DNA of 64,000 nucleotides from Elsinoe ampelina (taxonomy: Eukaryota), in assembly GCA_010093995.1 (NCBI GenBank), contig ML992520.1:62001-126000 (forward strand), written 5' to 3'. The notes beneath the pieces are model-generated. The model saw only the letters and a program-made list of their open reading frames with translations, made no database searches and had not been told where the DNA came from. The first letter of the stretch is position 1. Each line of letters begins with the position of its first letter. Below, piece after piece: positions 62,106 to 64,000 of this stretch. The translations under genes were made by a program, and so were the position numbers.

Positions 62106-63128
62106 CTACCTTTCACCCTCGTCCTCCGACTGATCTGGTGTCTGGTACGTGTGGTCTCCAGTAGCTGGTCTCTCATCAAGTGGCGAGAAGAGGTAGAGCC
62201 TCGCGTACCTTTCCCGCCACTGTCGTTTGGAGCGTGGCTCTAAGCATCTCAGCGGAGGTATGTGCGAAGGCCAGCGATATGCCAGGTACGCTTGCATATT
62301 GTCCACAAGTGTTCTCGTGGGACCGTCGTCTTCACGACGTGGAGTTGAGTACAAGTCTTTAACGCGGCTCCACTGATGGTGATGAGTTGGTTTTAGTCTG
62401 AGAATCAGCGCGTGGACAACTCGGACCCAGTCTTCGTCTTGCCACTCTTGATCGATCCCCCTCACCGGGCCATGCTGATTGTGGAGTGCTATACCGCTCT
62501 TCGCCATGTGTCTAAGGAAGCGTTTCTCCTGCTTCTCATGGTTTGAGACCTCGAGTGGATCTTGTGTGTAGTACAGTATACCCACCACAGAGCTTCGCTG
62601 CTCGTCAAAGGAGATATGACCGGATAGATAGTGTCCGAATTCTCGAAAGATCGTGAACCATTCCATCAACATTTTTGCTGACCAAATGCATCGACTGTGG
62701 AGGAAACGTATTTCAATCTCTTTGGCAGTACCACGAGACTTCTCGATGATGAATCTGATGACCCCGCGGAGGTGCATGAGGGAATGGTCATCCAAGTCCT
62801 CAACCATGATTCGACAGCGGTTCTGACGGAACAGCTCCTTGGTCGTAAGCGTCCCGATAGGTTCCGGCCATTCGCATATTTCCGGTTTCAAGTAGCGTGG
62901 GACGAAGTAGTGATTCTTGTCGCATGTAGCAGAAACTTCCAGGCGGTAATCGAACTTGTGAGGAGCTTGGAAGGATGCCGTGTACTGCGTCAAAAGATCG
63001 CGGGAAGTGACAATTGGCTTCAGAGCCACGAGCAATTCCTCTTCGTTATGGTTGCGCCATCCCTCCATGAGATCCTCCTCGCGTGAAATGGTCAAAGAAT
63101 CCATGCTTGGGTCGATCAAAGGATCCAT
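62106..63128 (-). CDS. Unknown-family paralogue E (intact, 340 aa)
   Basis: LKPIVTSRDLLTQY, RLEVSATC, PEIC..PIG, NRCRIMVEDLDDHSLMHL and LMEWFTIFREFGHYLSGHISF are shared with copies C and D. Confidence 0.85.
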   Translation of the reverse strand: MDPLIDPSMDSLTISREEDLMEGWRNHNEEELLVALKPIVTSRDLLTQYTASFQAPHKFDYRLEVSATCDKNHYFVPRYLKPEICEWPEPIGTLTTKELFRQNRCRIMVEDLDDHSLMHLRGVIRFIIEKSRGTAKEIEIRFLHSRCIWSAKMLMEWFTIFREFGHYLSGHISFDEQRSSVVGILYYTQDPLEVSNHEKQEKRFLRHMAKSGIALHNQHGPVRGIDQEWQDEDWVRVVHALILRLKPTHHHQWSRVKDLYSTPRREDDGPTRTLVDNMQAYLAYRWPSHIPPLRCLEPRSKRQWRERYARLYLFSPLDERPATGDHTYQTPDQSEDEGER

Positions 63129-64000
63129 GATAGAACGTCTCGGACGTAGCCGTGAGAGAACGACGGGAAATCCTGGGGAAGGAGAAGATAGAAGACAGCT
63201 GATGGCGGGCGAGACGAGATTCGAGCCAGTGGAAAGAGAATTGAGCAGAGTAGCTTAGAGAGCAGAACAGTGACGGTCGAGCAGGCAGGATGATCTATGA
63301 AGAAGCACCGTCTCAAGATGCGACATCGTGCATGATTATATACTATCAGGATAGCATTTGCTATTGGGCCATCCTGTGGTGCAGCACATCCTATAGTATT
63401 GTGAGCATACCACAAGCTCGTCGTGCTACGGAACCACCACGACACGTGAAATGATACTCAACGAGTGGACCAGATTTGTCCGACCACCTGCTTACTTATG
63501 ACCGCAAGAGCTACTCCAAAATTGGCAGGGCATGCATTAAGCCGTTTGACTGGGCGATAACATCTACTTGGGCTTGTTACAGTGCCACGCACATGTACTA
63601 CCGTTCAAAGGCGGGAACAAACCGTGCGAACTTCTGCTGGTCCCCGAAAGTTCGTGCAGATACCAGCGATTGATTCCGGATAGGTGATATTGCACCGCTG
63701 TGTCACTTGGAAGGATGTGTCGATCTCCCAGATCCCCTCCCCGGTTGGCTCAATGTCTCGTGGACGGATCTCTGGACTAAGATGATGCTTGACTTAAACT
63801 TTGAAAGGACCTGATCGTAGGATGCCAAACACCATGATGTTCTGACGGGCATCGCGATCAGTTGATCTGACGTCCACTCAAGGTAGCACAGCAGGAGAAT
63901 CTGGCTCACGGCGGTGTGCACCAGTCGGGGAAGGCGTGTGTTCAGAGGTGCATCTGCTGAGTCATCACTTCATCTCATGGGTAGATGCAGAGGGTAAATT

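Noticed and set aside
63703..64000. Possible sixth array member at the window edge
   Set aside because: The fragment shows none of the family motifs.
1..64000. tRNA, rRNA, CRISPR or transposon
   Set aside because: No cloverleaf, rRNA, repeat-spacer, TIR/LTR or transposase/RT motifs were seen by eye; tRNAscan and RepeatMasker were not run.

Overview
This is gene-dense (~55% GC) DNA from a filamentous ascomycete, probably a plant-associated Dothideomycete (inferred from short GT-AG introns with CTRAY branch points and the pectin-degrading enzymes). About 25 genes can be reconstructed by hand-splicing. They include egt1 (ergothioneine synthesis), an SDR, a catalytically dead secreted trypsin, a small secreted peptide, GH105, a GNAT, an HRK1/Oca2 kinase, SVF1, a Zn2Cys6 protein, an HRI-like eIF2-alpha kinase, a PL3 pectate lyase, a TBC Rab-GAP, a Pth11-like receptor, a P450/phenol monooxygenase/aryl-alcohol dehydrogenase trio, NBP35, RPL26, an AT-hook/C2H2 protein, OST4 and TMA46. 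The last 9 kb is an accessory tandem array of at least five paralogues of an unknown family, some intact and some disabled. The most notable signals are: (1) a long, highly self-complementary intron lying between the two catalytic modules of egt1, with switch-like alternative pairings over the branch point (candidate riboswitch-like splicing control); (2) an array paralogue broken only by two UAG codons, both at positions where paralogues have Trp; (3) seven co-oriented PacC sites upstream of the pectate lyase; (4) an in-frame transmembrane extension behind the OST4 stop codon. No tRNA, rRNA, CRISPR array or transposon was recognised. All family calls come from motif recognition, not database searches.
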